64,000 bases of DNA from Candidatus Bathyarchaeota archaeon (GCA_963832745.1 CAWHVC010000003.1:791451-855450); one strand, 5' to 3'; shown: positions 40,732-51,016, counted from the first letter of the stretch. A program made the numbers and translations. The notes: generated by a model not told the origin, from the sequence alone.

Positions 40732-40761
40732 GCTCCATTTCAGGCTACTTACCTATACGGC

Positions 40762-41907
40762 TTATTTGTAAGCATTTTTTACAGGGGGTTCTATATTTCT
40801 CTTTTTTACATGACTCGCTACCAAAAACACTACTGAGGTAAATATGATTAAAGTAAGAGCCACAATTAATAGCCATTGATAAGACAAATCTGAACCCGAT
40901 GAAGTTGGAGTACTGGTCAGTACTGAATTGTTGTTGGCATCTATCACTGAAATCGTGCCATCAAGTAGGTTAGAGACATATGCATATTGCCCATCTGGTG
41001 TGAAAGCTACGCTGTAAGGGGTGGTTCCAACCGAGATAGTCGTATTCACTTCTTTGGTGGCTGTGTTTATCACTGAGACAGAGTTGTTTATGCCATTTGT
41101 AACGTAGATGTATTCGTTGTTTGGTGTTAATGCTATGCTATTAGGGTTGGTTACACCAGTCACTGTCGCTGTCACTGTATTAGTTGCTGTGTTTATGATC
41201 GAAACTGAGTTGCTTGCAAGATTCGTAACATAAACGTAGGTGCCATCCGAAGTTATAGCTAAGCCGTCAGGGTTCATTCCAACTGTTACTGTCGCTGTTA
41301 CTTCATTCGTTTTTGTATTTATCACCGAAACGCTGCTGCTTCCACCATTAGCAACATAAACATATTCGCCGTCGGGAGCTATAGCCAAAGCGTTAGGACT
41401 GCTTTCTACAGTTATCGTCTTCACTACTTCATTGATAGCTATGTTTATCACCCAAACCATGCCCACACCGTTAGTGCCAATGATGGTGCTTCCTGAAACG
41501 TAGGCAAATTCGCCATTAGGTGAAATAGCGACATTTCCGGGGCTTCCGTCCAAAGTTATTGTGGTAGTCACTTTGTTTGAAGGGACGTTAATGACTGCGA
41601 TTGAATTCGACTCTTGGTATGAGCATGTTACGTAAGCAGATTTGCTGTCAGGCGTTATAGCTATTCCGTTAGAGCCTTTAACGTCTATTATTGCTATCAC
41701 TATATTGGTAGCTAAGTCTATTGCTGAGACATTGTTTCCATTTGGAACATATGCGTATTTACCATCAGGAGTTATAGCTACAGCCCAAGGCATACCACCA
41801 ACTTGTATTATGCCCGTACTTGCAGCTCTCGTTGACAATGGCAAGGACACAAAAGCACAAAAAAAGATAATGCAAATTGCTAAAGTAGTTGCTATGTTAC
41901 GCTTCAT
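40762..41907 (-). CDS. YVTN/YncE beta-propeller membrane-anchored protein
   Basis: Seven AITPDG.YAYV.N...VSVINT repeats, signal peptide, C-terminal TM. Confidence 0.9.
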   Translation of the reverse strand: MKRNIATTLAICIIFFCAFVSLPLSTRAASTGIIQVGGMPWAVAITPDGKYAYVPNGNNVSAIDLATNIVIAIIDVKGSNGIAITPDSKSAYVTCSYQESNSIAVINVPSNKVTTTITLDGSPGNVAISPNGEFAYVSGSTIIGTNGVGMVWVINIAINEVVKTITVESSPNALAIAPDGEYVYVANGGSSSVSVINTKTNEVTATVTVGMNPDGLAITSDGTYVYVTNLASNSVSIINTATNTVTATVTGVTNPNSIALTPNNEYIYVTNGINNSVSVINTATKEVNTTISVGTTPYSVAFTPDGQYAYVSNLLDGTISVIDANNNSVLTSTPTSSGSDLSYQWLLIVALTLIIFTSVVFLVASHVKKRNIEPPVKNAYK

Positions 41908-41915
41908 ATTATCAC

Positions 41916-42602
41916 CTATTTTGAGGTATCCTGAATTTTTCCATCAGTTAACCAAAGTATTCGTTCTGCAGATTCGCCAACTATTTGATCATGCGTGACC
42001 ATGATAGTAGTGGTTTTATGGTTTGAGTTCAGATTTGCAAGCAGTTTTACAATCTCATGCTTGTTTTGAGAATCTAAGTTGCCTGTGGGTTCATCTGCTA
42101 AAATGATGGCAGGGTTGTTTGCTAATGCTCTAGCAATGGCTACTCTTTGTTGTTCACCTTGGCTAAGACGATTTGGTCTGTGTTCCTCTCTGCCTTGCAG
42201 GCCTACTGTCGCAAGTAAGTCTTTGGCTCTTTGCTTTCGTTGCCCTTTGAATTTGCCTGCAAGTTCCATGGCTAACTCAACATTTTCTCGGGCATTCAAA
42301 TACGGGAGAAGATTGAAACTTTGAAATACAAAACCAATTTTATCTCGTCTAATCTTATATAGTTGAGATTCTGGCAGGTTTGCGATGTCAATGTCATCTA
42401 TTAGGATTTTGCCACTCGTCGGTTTATCAATGCAGCCCACGATGTTTAGCAATGTAGTTTTACCAGAACCGGAAGGACCCATGATTGCGACTAACTCACC
42501 TCTTTTAATTTCGAGATTAAGATTGCACAAGCAGTGAACATCTCGTTTGCCCAGCATGTAGGTTTTTGAGAGGTCGTCGATTTTAAGCACTAAATCATTC
42601 AT
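41916..42602 (-). CDS. ABC transporter ATP-binding protein (LolD/MacB type)
   Basis: GPSGSGKT, LSQGEQQRVAIARAL, LADEPTGNLD. Confidence 0.95.
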   Translation of the reverse strand: MNDLVLKIDDLSKTYMLGKRDVHCLCNLNLEIKRGELVAIMGPSGSGKTTLLNIVGCIDKPTSGKILIDDIDIANLPESQLYKIRRDKIGFVFQSFNLLPYLNARENVELAMELAGKFKGQRKQRAKDLLATVGLQGREEHRPNRLSQGEQQRVAIARALANNPAIILADEPTGNLDSQNKHEIVKLLANLNSNHKTTTIMVTHDQIVGESAERILWLTDGKIQDTSK

Positions 42603-43890
42603 ATCGCATTGCCTCCGCTGGTCTTATTCTTGCGGCTCTCCAAGCAGGGTATAAACTGCCAATTGCACCTAACAATACTGAAACGCCTAATCCAAATAGC
42701 ACAAGCTCAGGGGTTATGGTGACAGTGATGGAAGTTGTTGTTAGAGATGTAGCTATGTTGCCGTCTGACATTATTAACCCGTTTCCAGTTTGAGTTGGCG
42801 CTGGTAGAAGCATGTTGGCCAATGATGTTGCGCCGAATATGCCAATCGATATACCAACTACACCTGCAATCAAGCTGAGCAAAATGCCCTCAATCATAAA
42901 CTGCCCCAAGATGGTTTTGTTACTTGCACCCATCGCTTTGAGTGTGCCAATTTCTTTGGTTCGCTCACGAACGGTATAGAGCATTATGAACAGAACAATT
43001 GCGCCATCTGCTACTGTTATTATGCCCATTTCTATTAGGCCAGTGCTTTGTATTTGGTTCATTGTGTTTTGGGCTTGTTGAAGTTGCTCGTTGGTTTGAG
43101 TTTGCATCTGGAAAACTTGATTGATTAGCGTCTGAGCTATGGTTGTTGTTAATTTCGGGTATGCACCGATTATTTGCTGGTTGACAGTGTAAACGTTGTT
43201 AACGCTATCTGCAAACACCTTGAATGTCGAGGCTTGACCTGTAGTGTTAGTGATTGCCTGGGCGTCAACTATATTCATTGTAGCGTATGTTGAATTGAGC
43301 GCTTCTTGGCCTTCGATGCCAACTACCTCAAAGTTTCGACCGAAAATGCTTATGGTTCCACCTACTCCAATATTGAAGTGGTTTGCGATGCGTTCTGATA
43401 GAACAACGACTCCACTGTCACCTGCCTGCAAATTGCGTCCATCCGTAATGTTAGCTGGCAGAATTATCGGGTAATTGTTAAGTAAGTCAACGGAGCCTAA
43501 GGGCATGCCATTGATTTGGTATTCCCAACCGTCTCCCTGTTGGAGTATTGCTGGTATGACACGTGCAACATTGGGAATTGATGTAATATTGCCGTAATCA
43601 GTGTAATTCATAAGTGGCTGTTCCATGATGGTCTTGTTGTTTTCGTCGATACGAAATGTCAACGGAAGTTTGCAGTCTATTTCGGTTGCTGCCATATTCA
43701 CTGTTGAACTAACGATTTTGGCGTTAGCTGTGAGTTGGTCTATGGTTTTTTGAGTGGCTTCTTGGCTGGCTGTTATGCTTGGTGGAATAGATACTATCAT
43801 TGCCAGTGCAAGGCTCAATGTTACTATCACTAGCAGAGCTCTCATTTTTCTTCTTGAGATGTTTCGGGTTGCTCTTGTCAATGTTCCCAT
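42595..43890 (-). CDS. ABC transporter permease (MacB/FtsX type)
   Basis: AGGAG-preceded ATG at 43890; VRERTKEIGTLKAMGA, YPAWRAARIRPAEAMRYE. Confidence 0.92.
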   Translation of the reverse strand: MGTLTRATRNISRRKMRALLVIVTLSLALAMIVSIPPSITASQEATQKTIDQLTANAKIVSSTVNMAATEIDCKLPLTFRIDENNKTIMEQPLMNYTDYGNITSIPNVARVIPAILQQGDGWEYQINGMPLGSVDLLNNYPIILPANITDGRNLQAGDSGVVVLSERIANHFNIGVGGTISIFGRNFEVVGIEGQEALNSTYATMNIVDAQAITNTTGQASTFKVFADSVNNVYTVNQQIIGAYPKLTTTIAQTLINQVFQMQTQTNEQLQQAQNTMNQIQSTGLIEMGIITVADGAIVLFIMLYTVRERTKEIGTLKAMGASNKTILGQFMIEGILLSLIAGVVGISIGIFGATSLANMLLPAPTQTGNGLIMSDGNIATSLTTTSITVTITPELVLFGLGVSVLLGAIGSLYPAWRAARIRPAEAMRYE

Positions 43891-43911
43891 TTTTCTGACT
43901 CCTAATTCATG

Positions 43912-44037
43912 CCTACCACTATCAATAGTAGGATTTATAAGACTTACCATAAACGATGGTAGGATTGACGAGAAAGCGAAATCAGCAACAACCCAAATTT
44001 GGAAAACCTTAATTAGCCTACCAACCCCCATGGTACA
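43912..44037. promoter_or_regulatory. three palindromic operators CCTACCAT-N5-ATGGTAGG (probable BlaI sites) flanking divergent TATA boxes
   Basis: CCTACCAC-tatca-ATAGTAGG 43912-43932; CTTACCAT-aaacg-ATGGTAGG 43943-43963; CCTACCAA-ccccc-ATGGTACA 44017-44037. Confidence 0.8.
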
Positions 44038-44050
44038 TGAGGAAACTTAA

Positions 44051-44509
44051 ACGTCAACCGAGAAAAAAAACGCTGTTTCCCAATACAACATTGAAGGAAA
44101 GCAACTAGAAGCATTCTTGGGTCCGCTAGAGGCAAGCATTCTCGAAACGATTTGGTGCTCAGCGAAAAGACCAATTACTGTACGAGAAGTCTTAGAAATT
44201 ATAAAAAAGAAAAAACCTGTCGCTTACACAACAATCATGAATACAATGGACCGCCTTTTCGAAAAAGGACTGCTTGACCGCAGAATTGAAAAAGTCAAAG
44301 GCGGCACCTATCTCTATTATGTATATTGGCCAAAGCTTGAGGAACAGAGCTTTAAAGAAGCTGCAGTGCGTCAAGTGTTAAACAGCCTGTTAGATAACTT
44401 TGATGAACTCGTTACAACTTGCCTTATCGAAAAAGCCGCCACAGATGATAAACAATTGGAGGCACTCAAGGAAAAAATTGACAGAACACTTAAAGAAAAG
44501 AAGAAATGA
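44051..44509 (+). CDS. BlaI/MecI/CopY family repressor, proposed ACG start
   Basis: LGPLEASILETIW, AYTTIMNTMDRLFEKGLLDR; in-frame TAA-ACG at 44048-44053 after GAGG. Confidence 0.9.
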   Translation, partial: TSTEKKNAVSQYNIEGKQLEAFLGPLEASILETIWCSAKRPITVREVLEIIKKKKPVAYTTIMNTMDRLFEKGLLDRRIEKVKGGTYLYYVYWPKLEEQSFKEAAVRQVLNSLLDNFDELVTTCLIEKAATDDKQLEALKEKIDRTLKEKKK

Positions 44510-44515
44510 TCAGAA

Positions 44516-45745
44516 ATGGTAAGCTTAGATGATTTTATAATTCAGTTATTTCAGCCGTATTTCTTCTATTCTTTAGTGTTCCTTTCAATAGCCTTTGTGT
44601 CTGTCAAATTTTTTCTGAAGTTTAACTCTCACCTGTCACGCAAGGGTCAAAGTCTGTTATGGGTGCTTCCGCTTTTTGTTCCAGTAATTGTATTGTTATG
44701 CTTCCATCCGCAAACGCTCATAACTATCACACCGACACTTCCCAACCAATTTTCTCAGGTAAACGATGTGGGAGTAATGTTGTTAGGTTCAGACATTTTC
44801 TCGTTTACTGGCTTGTTATGTATTGGTAGCACAATTGCTGCTGTAGGCTACCTTGTGCTCATGTTAGGTTTCGGGCGACAAATAGCTCTTAAACGGTTCC
44901 ATGTTGTTATGATGGCACAGGACGACTACGCTTCTATTCAGCAAATGGTAAAGAGGACTTCTCGAAAACTTGGCATCTCAGAGCCAAAAGTTGGTTTAGT
45001 GGATGATTTGTTACCCAATGCGTTTACACTTGGCTATGGGCGTAAAGCGGTAGTTGTTTTTTCGTTGGGCCTTTTAGAGATGCTTGATCCAGAGGAGTTA
45101 GAGGCTGTAGTTTCTCATGAATTGGCGCATATAAAAGCTAAAGATTACCTGTTTAGAGCCTTTTCCTATAGCCTGAATGTTCTTTCCTTCTTTAACCCTC
45201 TCTCCTACTTTGCCGCGTCACAAGCTCAAAAAGAGCGCGAGTTGCTTGCAGATGAGAGAAGTCTTACGTTACTAGACAAACCGACACTAATGCAGCAAGT
45301 TCTTAGCAAACTTGAAGCAATGACTCCTATGTCGTCAAAGATAAGCCTCGTTGATCGTTTTTCTTCAAGTCTATTCATTGTCTCCCCTCTTGCCCATAGG
45401 CCGGGAATACTTGCTACCCATCCGAAAATTTCTCAGCGTATGCAAAATATTACAGCAGTCACATCCAAGCAAGCTAAAAAAACAAAAAATCTTCTGCCAA
45501 CTCTACTTCTAGTAGGCATTCTTGTTTGTGTAATTATTATTTCTGGGCATTCAGCCGTGCAGATTGAGCAGACAGTTATTCAAAACCAAAATGCTCATTT
45601 AATTAATCAGTATCAGGTTTTGTTTTATAATTCGACTGTAACTGGTAATTCGAACCCTGGAATGGGTATACTGTTTCAGAGTTGGGAAAGTTTTCTAAAC
45701 TTTACGTCAGGACAACAGGGTATGTACCGATTTGCTGGAACTTGA
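44516..45745 (+). CDS. BlaR1/HtpX-like membrane Zn metalloprotease (M56/M48)
   Basis: TM helices, PNAFT, HELAH, ERELLADE, ATHP. Confidence 0.88.
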   Translation: MVSLDDFIIQLFQPYFFYSLVFLSIAFVSVKFFLKFNSHLSRKGQSLLWVLPLFVPVIVLLCFHPQTLITITPTLPNQFSQVNDVGVMLLGSDIFSFTGLLCIGSTIAAVGYLVLMLGFGRQIALKRFHVVMMAQDDYASIQQMVKRTSRKLGISEPKVGLVDDLLPNAFTLGYGRKAVVVFSLGLLEMLDPEELEAVVSHELAHIKAKDYLFRAFSYSLNVLSFFNPLSYFAASQAQKERELLADERSLTLLDKPTLMQQVLSKLEAMTPMSSKISLVDRFSSSLFIVSPLAHRPGILATHPKISQRMQNITAVTSKQAKKTKNLLPTLLLVGILVCVIIISGHSAVQIEQTVIQNQNAHLINQYQVLFYNSTVTGNSNPGMGILFQSWESFLNFTSGQQGMYRFAGT

Positions 45746-46000
45746 GGTCCTAACACCAAGATAAAGGGGAAGAAGGGCTAAGGGCTGATATATTAGGGAA
45801 GATGAACAGGGGAATGGATTTAGGAACTCAGCCCTTAACCTTGTAATCTACTTACCGTTTTTGGCATAAAGAGATTTGCGCTTACATTGTGAACAGTCAG
45901 GTTGGGCTCTTTCTGTTTGTTTTGTGACGTACAATATGATTTAATTAGGCGGGTTGGCGGAGCGTTTTGGTTTTTCAAACCAAACTTGTTCAACTTGTGA

Positions 46001-46014
46001 TTAACTTAAGTTAA
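46001..46014. promoter_or_regulatory. perfect palindrome next to TATA box of the substrate-binding gene
   Basis: TTAACTTAAGTTAA just upstream of TTTAAATA (46022-46029). Confidence 0.45.
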
Positions 46015-46088
46015 ACCAAAGTTTAAATAATTTTGGCGGCAAACACACAGCAAGGAAACAACCCATTGAAAACAAAGGAGACACTAAA

Positions 46089-47270
46089 TTGAAAAGAGAA
46101 CACCTTATTGTTTTAGGGATAATACTTGCTGCAACGATTACCGGAGCAACCACTTACGGAGCCTACACATTACTAAACCCGCCAGCTTCTCCAGAACCCA
46201 CCACGACCCCATCAGAAACTGCAACATCACCTTCTGCATCACCACCTGCAACTGCCACTCCTGAATCAACAACCAACCAACACCCACAACCAACCCGTCC
46301 AACACCCCTACACCAACCCCTACTCCCACCCCTCAACCCACTAGCGTCGTTGTTGTAGATGCAATGGTGCCCAAGTCAACGTGAGCCTTCCAGTCCACCG
46401 CATCGTCTGTCTTACCTCAGCTGAAATTGTCTACGCAATAGGTGGAGGAGACAAAATAGTCGGTATCGCTGGAATGCTTACCACTGACATAAAGTCTGTT
46501 TTGCCATCTTCGATTTTATCGTTGCCCGTCGTTGGAGACACCGACACTTCGCCTAACTTGGAGAAGATTATAGAGCTTAACCCTGACTTAGTTCTTGCCA
46601 GCCAAAGATTAACTGATGCAAACAGAAAAACGTTGGAAAACGCAGGCATAGCAGTTATTGAAGATTCACAAACAGGCAGCAGAAGAAACTCATACTTGAC
46701 GAATTTGGGCGCAATTCTAAATGCAGAGCAACGGGTAGATGAACTGTTAAGTTATGAAAAGCATTATTGGGATTTAGTCCAAGAAAGAGTAGCAAACCTG
46801 ACGGAAAGTGAGAAACCTTTAGTTTACTTTGAATGGTACCGTGACTGGTTCAGCACAGGTCCAGGGGGGTCATACAGTAAACTGATTGAAGCTGCAGGCG
46901 GAATAAACATCGGTGAAAACGCAACCGTTTCAAGTCCCCAGTTAAGCGCTGAATTTATTGTTGAACAAAACCCTGCCATCATTATCCGCATGTTAGACTA
47001 CACCTCCGGCGAAGATTTAGTAGCCTTCCAAAACTTGTATAACCAAATACTCAGCAGACCAGCAGTACAAGGTTTAACGCAGTCCAAAATAACCAAGTCT
47101 ACGTCATCAAAAGCACGCTCTTAGTTGAAAGAGACACCGTTGGCTTGCTCTATTTTGCGAAATGGTTCCATCCAGACTTGTTTACCGACATTGACCCTGC
47201 CGCTGTGCACATTGAAATGATACAGAAATTCTTCGGAACTACACCAACAGGAGTATACCTTTACCCATAA
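46089..47270 (+). CDS. Fe-siderophore/cobalamin-type ABC substrate-binding protein (frameshifts near 46280-46370 and 47078)
   Basis: TM + P/T linker, PVHRIVCL, PNLEKIIELNPDLV, IEAAGGINIG; shifted tail YFAKWFHPDLFTDIDP...GVYLYP. Confidence 0.8.
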
Positions 47271-47417
47271 AGAAACAACCCCTTTTTCCCTTTCTTTTTT
47301 TGTATTATCGCGTAAAACTCGTTTTTTAGGTAAAATTGCTTCAGATTGTTAAAAAACCCTAATAACCATCAATTCCGCATAAAGTCTTTAAAAATTGTCC
47401 TGACGGCGAAACCATAA

Positions 47418-49682
47418 TTGAAAATTTCCGAATTATCTGTACCACAATCCGTTAAAGATGTTCTTGACGGCTTAGGAATCAAAGAACTTTTTCCACCCCA
47501 AGCAGACACCATAAAGGCAGGACTACTTGAAGGACAAAACATTGTCTTAGCCAGCCCAACCGCGTCAGGAAAAACCTTAATCGCCGAACTAGCCAGTATG
47601 AAACATGTGCTGGAAAACCACGGCAAAGTAATCTACCTTTCGCCACTTCGGGCGCTTGCCAGCGAAAAGTACGAGGAATTCAAAAAATACACTGAGATAG
47701 TCAAGGCTGACGGTAGAAAAGTCTCCGTTGGCATCAGCACTGGTGATTTTGACGACGCCGATAACTGGATGGAACGATATGACATAATCGTCACCACTAA
47801 CGAGAAGGCGGATTCACTGCTTAGGCACCGAGCTAAGTGGATGGAGAGTATCTCGCTGGTCATCGCTGATGAGGTACACCTGTTAAATGAGGGAGCGCGT
47901 GGTCCAACCCTTGAAATTGTGCTTGCAAGACTCATGCAGGTTAACCCGCACATCCAAATTTTAGCCTTAAGCGCAACAATCACCAATGTGGACGAAATAG
48001 CGGGCTGGTTAAACTCTAAATATGTAGTTACCGATTGGCGCCCAATTAATCTTAAGGAAGGCGTTGCGCTTCAGGATGAAATCCAATACAAAGATGGCGA
48101 TTCAAGAAAAGTCGAGCAGGAAACCCGCTTCACATACGTCAATTTAGTACTTGACACGTTAAGGAATGGTGGACAAGCACTGGTTTTTTCGTCCACAAGA
48201 AAGAACGCTGTTTCAGCAGCTAAAACCCTGTCTGGACATATGAATAAAGCCGTGCCTAAAACGGGTTCTAAACTTATCAAGCAAAGTATGGAAGAAGCAA
48301 ACCGAAAACTGCTGGAAAAGGAAGCAAAAAGAATTGCTGACGCAGGGGAAAAGACTCAAATTAGTGATGAATTAGCTGAAATGGTTCGCTGCGGTGTTGC
48401 TTACCACCATGCAGGTTTGTCAGGAGCCCAACGCAAAATTATTGAAGACGCATTTAAGGAACGCAAAATCAAAGTTCTAACTGCCACGCCGACGTTGGCT
48501 TGGGGTGTTAACTTGCCTGCACGTACAGTTATTATTCAGGATTACCGCCGTTTTGAGGCTGGATACGGCAACTACCCTATCCCCGTGCTGGATTACAAGC
48601 AAATGGCAGGCAGAGCCGGACGGCCAAAATATGACAAGTTCGGCGAGTCAGTGCTTATCGCCAAAACCCGCGACGAAGCAGACTACCTGATGGAAGGCTA
48701 CGTGCTGGCCAAAACTGAACGTATTTGGTCAAGGATGGCTGTTGAAAAAATCATTCGTGGACACGTGCTGGCGACGATTGCGTCGGATTATGCGCATTCG
48801 GAAGAGGGCATTTTTGAGTTTTTCGGCAAAACCTTCTACGCTTATCAGTACGACGTGAAAGCCATAAAAAGCATCATTGCAAAAATCTTAGCGTACCTTT
48901 TCCATGAACAGATGATTTCTTACGACCGCCAAGATATTATTGCCACCAAATTTGGTAAACGTATAAGCGAACTCTACATTGACCCACTCTCCGGAGTGAT
49001 TATCCGTGAAGCCTTGCTCAAAAAACCAGATTACCTAACAGATTTTAGCTTGCTGCACATGATTTCGCACACGCCAGACATGGGCCCCATCATGCGACCC
49101 TACGCACGTGAAGTTGACGTATTAAGCCTCCAGATGGAGCAGCACCGAGACGAACTGCTGATTAACCCGCCAAACGAATGGGAAGACCATGTTGGCTACG
49201 AAGAATTCCTTGGAGAAATCAAAACCGCGCTTGTAATGAAGAACTGGATTGAAGAAACAACCGAAGACCAACTTATCACACGTTTCGGGGTTCAACCAGG
49301 CGACCTGTACCGTACAATTGAGAACGCAAAATGGCTTCTACACGCAACACATGAGCTTTCTCCACTTGTCGGCGCCAACAAAGAAGTCAAACCTCTTTCA
49401 GACGAACTTGAAGAACGCGTGTCTAAAGGTATCAAACGTGAACTTTTGCCGATTGTACGGTTGGAAGGTATCGGCAGAGTACGTGGCAGAATAATCTACA
49501 ACGCGGGCTACAAAACCATCGAAGACCTCAAAACGGCATCACTTGAAGACCTAACACTTCTGCCGTCGGTTGGTCCACGTTTAGCCAAAAAAATCAAGGA
49601 GCAAGTCGGTGGCTTCATCAAAAAAGATGAATTAGAAAGATTTGACAAAGAGCAGGAGTTTAAACAAAAAACCCTGTTCTAA
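47418..49682 (+). CDS. hel308: Hel308/Hjm ATP-dependent DNA helicase
   Basis: PTASGKT, DEVH, LSAT, HHAGL, GVNLPA, QMAGRAGRP, C-terminal HhH. Confidence 0.95.
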   Translation: MKISELSVPQSVKDVLDGLGIKELFPPQADTIKAGLLEGQNIVLASPTASGKTLIAELASMKHVLENHGKVIYLSPLRALASEKYEEFKKYTEIVKADGRKVSVGISTGDFDDADNWMERYDIIVTTNEKADSLLRHRAKWMESISLVIADEVHLLNEGARGPTLEIVLARLMQVNPHIQILALSATITNVDEIAGWLNSKYVVTDWRPINLKEGVALQDEIQYKDGDSRKVEQETRFTYVNLVLDTLRNGGQALVFSSTRKNAVSAAKTLSGHMNKAVPKTGSKLIKQSMEEANRKLLEKEAKRIADAGEKTQISDELAEMVRCGVAYHHAGLSGAQRKIIEDAFKERKIKVLTATPTLAWGVNLPARTVIIQDYRRFEAGYGNYPIPVLDYKQMAGRAGRPKYDKFGESVLIAKTRDEADYLMEGYVLAKTERIWSRMAVEKIIRGHVLATIASDYAHSEEGIFEFFGKTFYAYQYDVKAIKSIIAKILAYLFHEQMISYDRQDIIATKFGKRISELYIDPLSGVIIREALLKKPDYLTDFSLLHMISHTPDMGPIMRPYAREVDVLSLQMEQHRDELLINPPNEWEDHVGYEEFLGEIKTALVMKNWIEETTEDQLITRFGVQPGDLYRTIENAKWLLHATHELSPLVGANKEVKPLSDELEERVSKGIKRELLPIVRLEGIGRVRGRIIYNAGYKTIEDLKTASLEDLTLLPSVGPRLAKKIKEQVGGFIKKDELERFDKEQEFKQKTLF

Positions 49683-51016
49683 GCCGATTTGGCAAATCTT
49701 TCTGCTTGTTTAACTGCTGTGCCCAAATAGTTCTTGGGGTTTAATGTGTCTTCGATTTCTTGTGTGCTGAGTTTGCTGCTTACGAGTGGGTCGGTTTGGA
49801 GTGTTTCTTTGAATTCCTGTTTGGCTACGGCGCTTTGGATGGTTAGTTTGCGGAGCATTTCGTGTGCTTCTTGTCGGTTGACGCCTTTGTGTACGAGCGT
49901 CATCATGACGGATTCTGACATTGCACGGCCTTGAGTGAATGCGAGGTTTGAGAGCATACGTTGGTCATCCACACGCAGATGAGTAACTATGTCAACCATC
50001 AAGTTCAAAATGTAGTCGAGCAGAATGTTTGATTCAGGAAGCACAAACCGCTCCGTTGATGATTGGGTTAAGTCGCGTTCATGCCAAGTAACCATGTCCT
50101 CAAGCGCTGGCATGGCGAGGCTGCGTACGATTCGGGCTAAGCCGCAGACGCGTTCGCAGGTTTCAGGATTCTGCTTATGAGGCATAGTTGAGCTGCCCAC
50201 CTGCTTTTTAGCCTCGAAAGATTCAAAGACTTCTGCGATTTCAGGGCGTTGCAGTTCACGGATTTCGGTGGCAAAGTTTTCGAGTGAAGAGGCAATTTCT
50301 GCGTAGATGCAGATGAGTTCGGCGTAGCGGTCTCGTTGGACGATTTGTGTAGAGATTTCCGCTGTACGTAAGCCTAACCGTTTCATGACGAGTTCTTGAA
50401 TCTCTTCGGCATGTTCGCCAAGGCCTGCTTGCGTGCCGACTGCACCACTGATTTTGCCTGCTAAGACACGTTTTTTGCTGTCGTTTAAACGGTCAATGTG
50501 CCGGTTAATTTCGTATCCCCAAACGGCAAACTTGAAACCTAAAGTAATAGGCAAGGCATGTTGTCCGTGGGTTCGGCCAATCATAACTGTTGACGCGTAT
50601 TTGCCGGCTTGGGTTTGGAGGATTTTTTTGAATTTGAATAATTTTTGTTCGAGGATTTCGATAGCATCCTTGAGTTGTAGTGCATTGGCTGTGTCAACGA
50701 TGTCATAACTGGTTGACCCCAAATGCACATAGGCGCCGCTTGAGCCCGCTTGCTCTGACAGAGCGCGGACAAGCGAGGCGATGTCATGTTTGATTTCTTT
50801 CTCAATGGCTTTTACACGTTCAACTTTAACGTATTTAGTTGAAGCCATTTGGGCGATTTTTTCTGCATCCTCTTTGGGAATGTTGCCTACTTCAGCGTGC
50901 GCCAAAGCCAAGGCGGCTTCAACGTCAAGCAGCTTTTGCAGGCGGTTTTCTTCATCGTAAACTTTAAGCATTTCTGGTGTTCCATACCGACCGGTGTCAA
51001 TAGGTAAGATAGGCAA
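49679..51016 (-). CDS. purB: adenylosuccinate lyase
   Basis: TTG after GAGG gives MPILPIDTGRYG; GRTHGQHA, GSSTMPHKQNP, WHERDLT. Confidence 0.96.
   Translation of the reverse strand: MPILPIDTGRYGTPEMLKVYDEENRLQKLLDVEAALALAHAEVGNIPKEDAEKIAQMASTKYVKVERVKAIEKEIKHDIASLVRALSEQAGSSGAYVHLGSTSYDIVDTANALQLKDAIEILEQKLFKFKKILQTQAGKYASTVMIGRTHGQHALPITLGFKFAVWGYEINRHIDRLNDSKKRVLAGKISGAVGTQAGLGEHAEEIQELVMKRLGLRTAEISTQIVQRDRYAELICIYAEIASSLENFATEIRELQRPEIAEVFESFEAKKQVGSSTMPHKQNPETCERVCGLARIVRSLAMPALEDMVTWHERDLTQSSTERFVLPESNILLDYILNLMVDIVTHLRVDDQRMLSNLAFTQGRAMSESVMMTLVHKGVNRQEAHEMLRKLTIQSAVAKQEFKETLQTDPLVSSKLSTQEIEDTLNPKNYLGTAVKQAERFAKSA

Noticed and set aside
45770-46080. Cobalamin riboswitch before the substrate-binding gene
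   Set aside because: No recognisable B12-box consensus
26370-47090. Programmed ribosomal frameshifting
   Set aside because: Shifts go in both directions in unrelated genes without common slippery sites; sequencing indels are simpler
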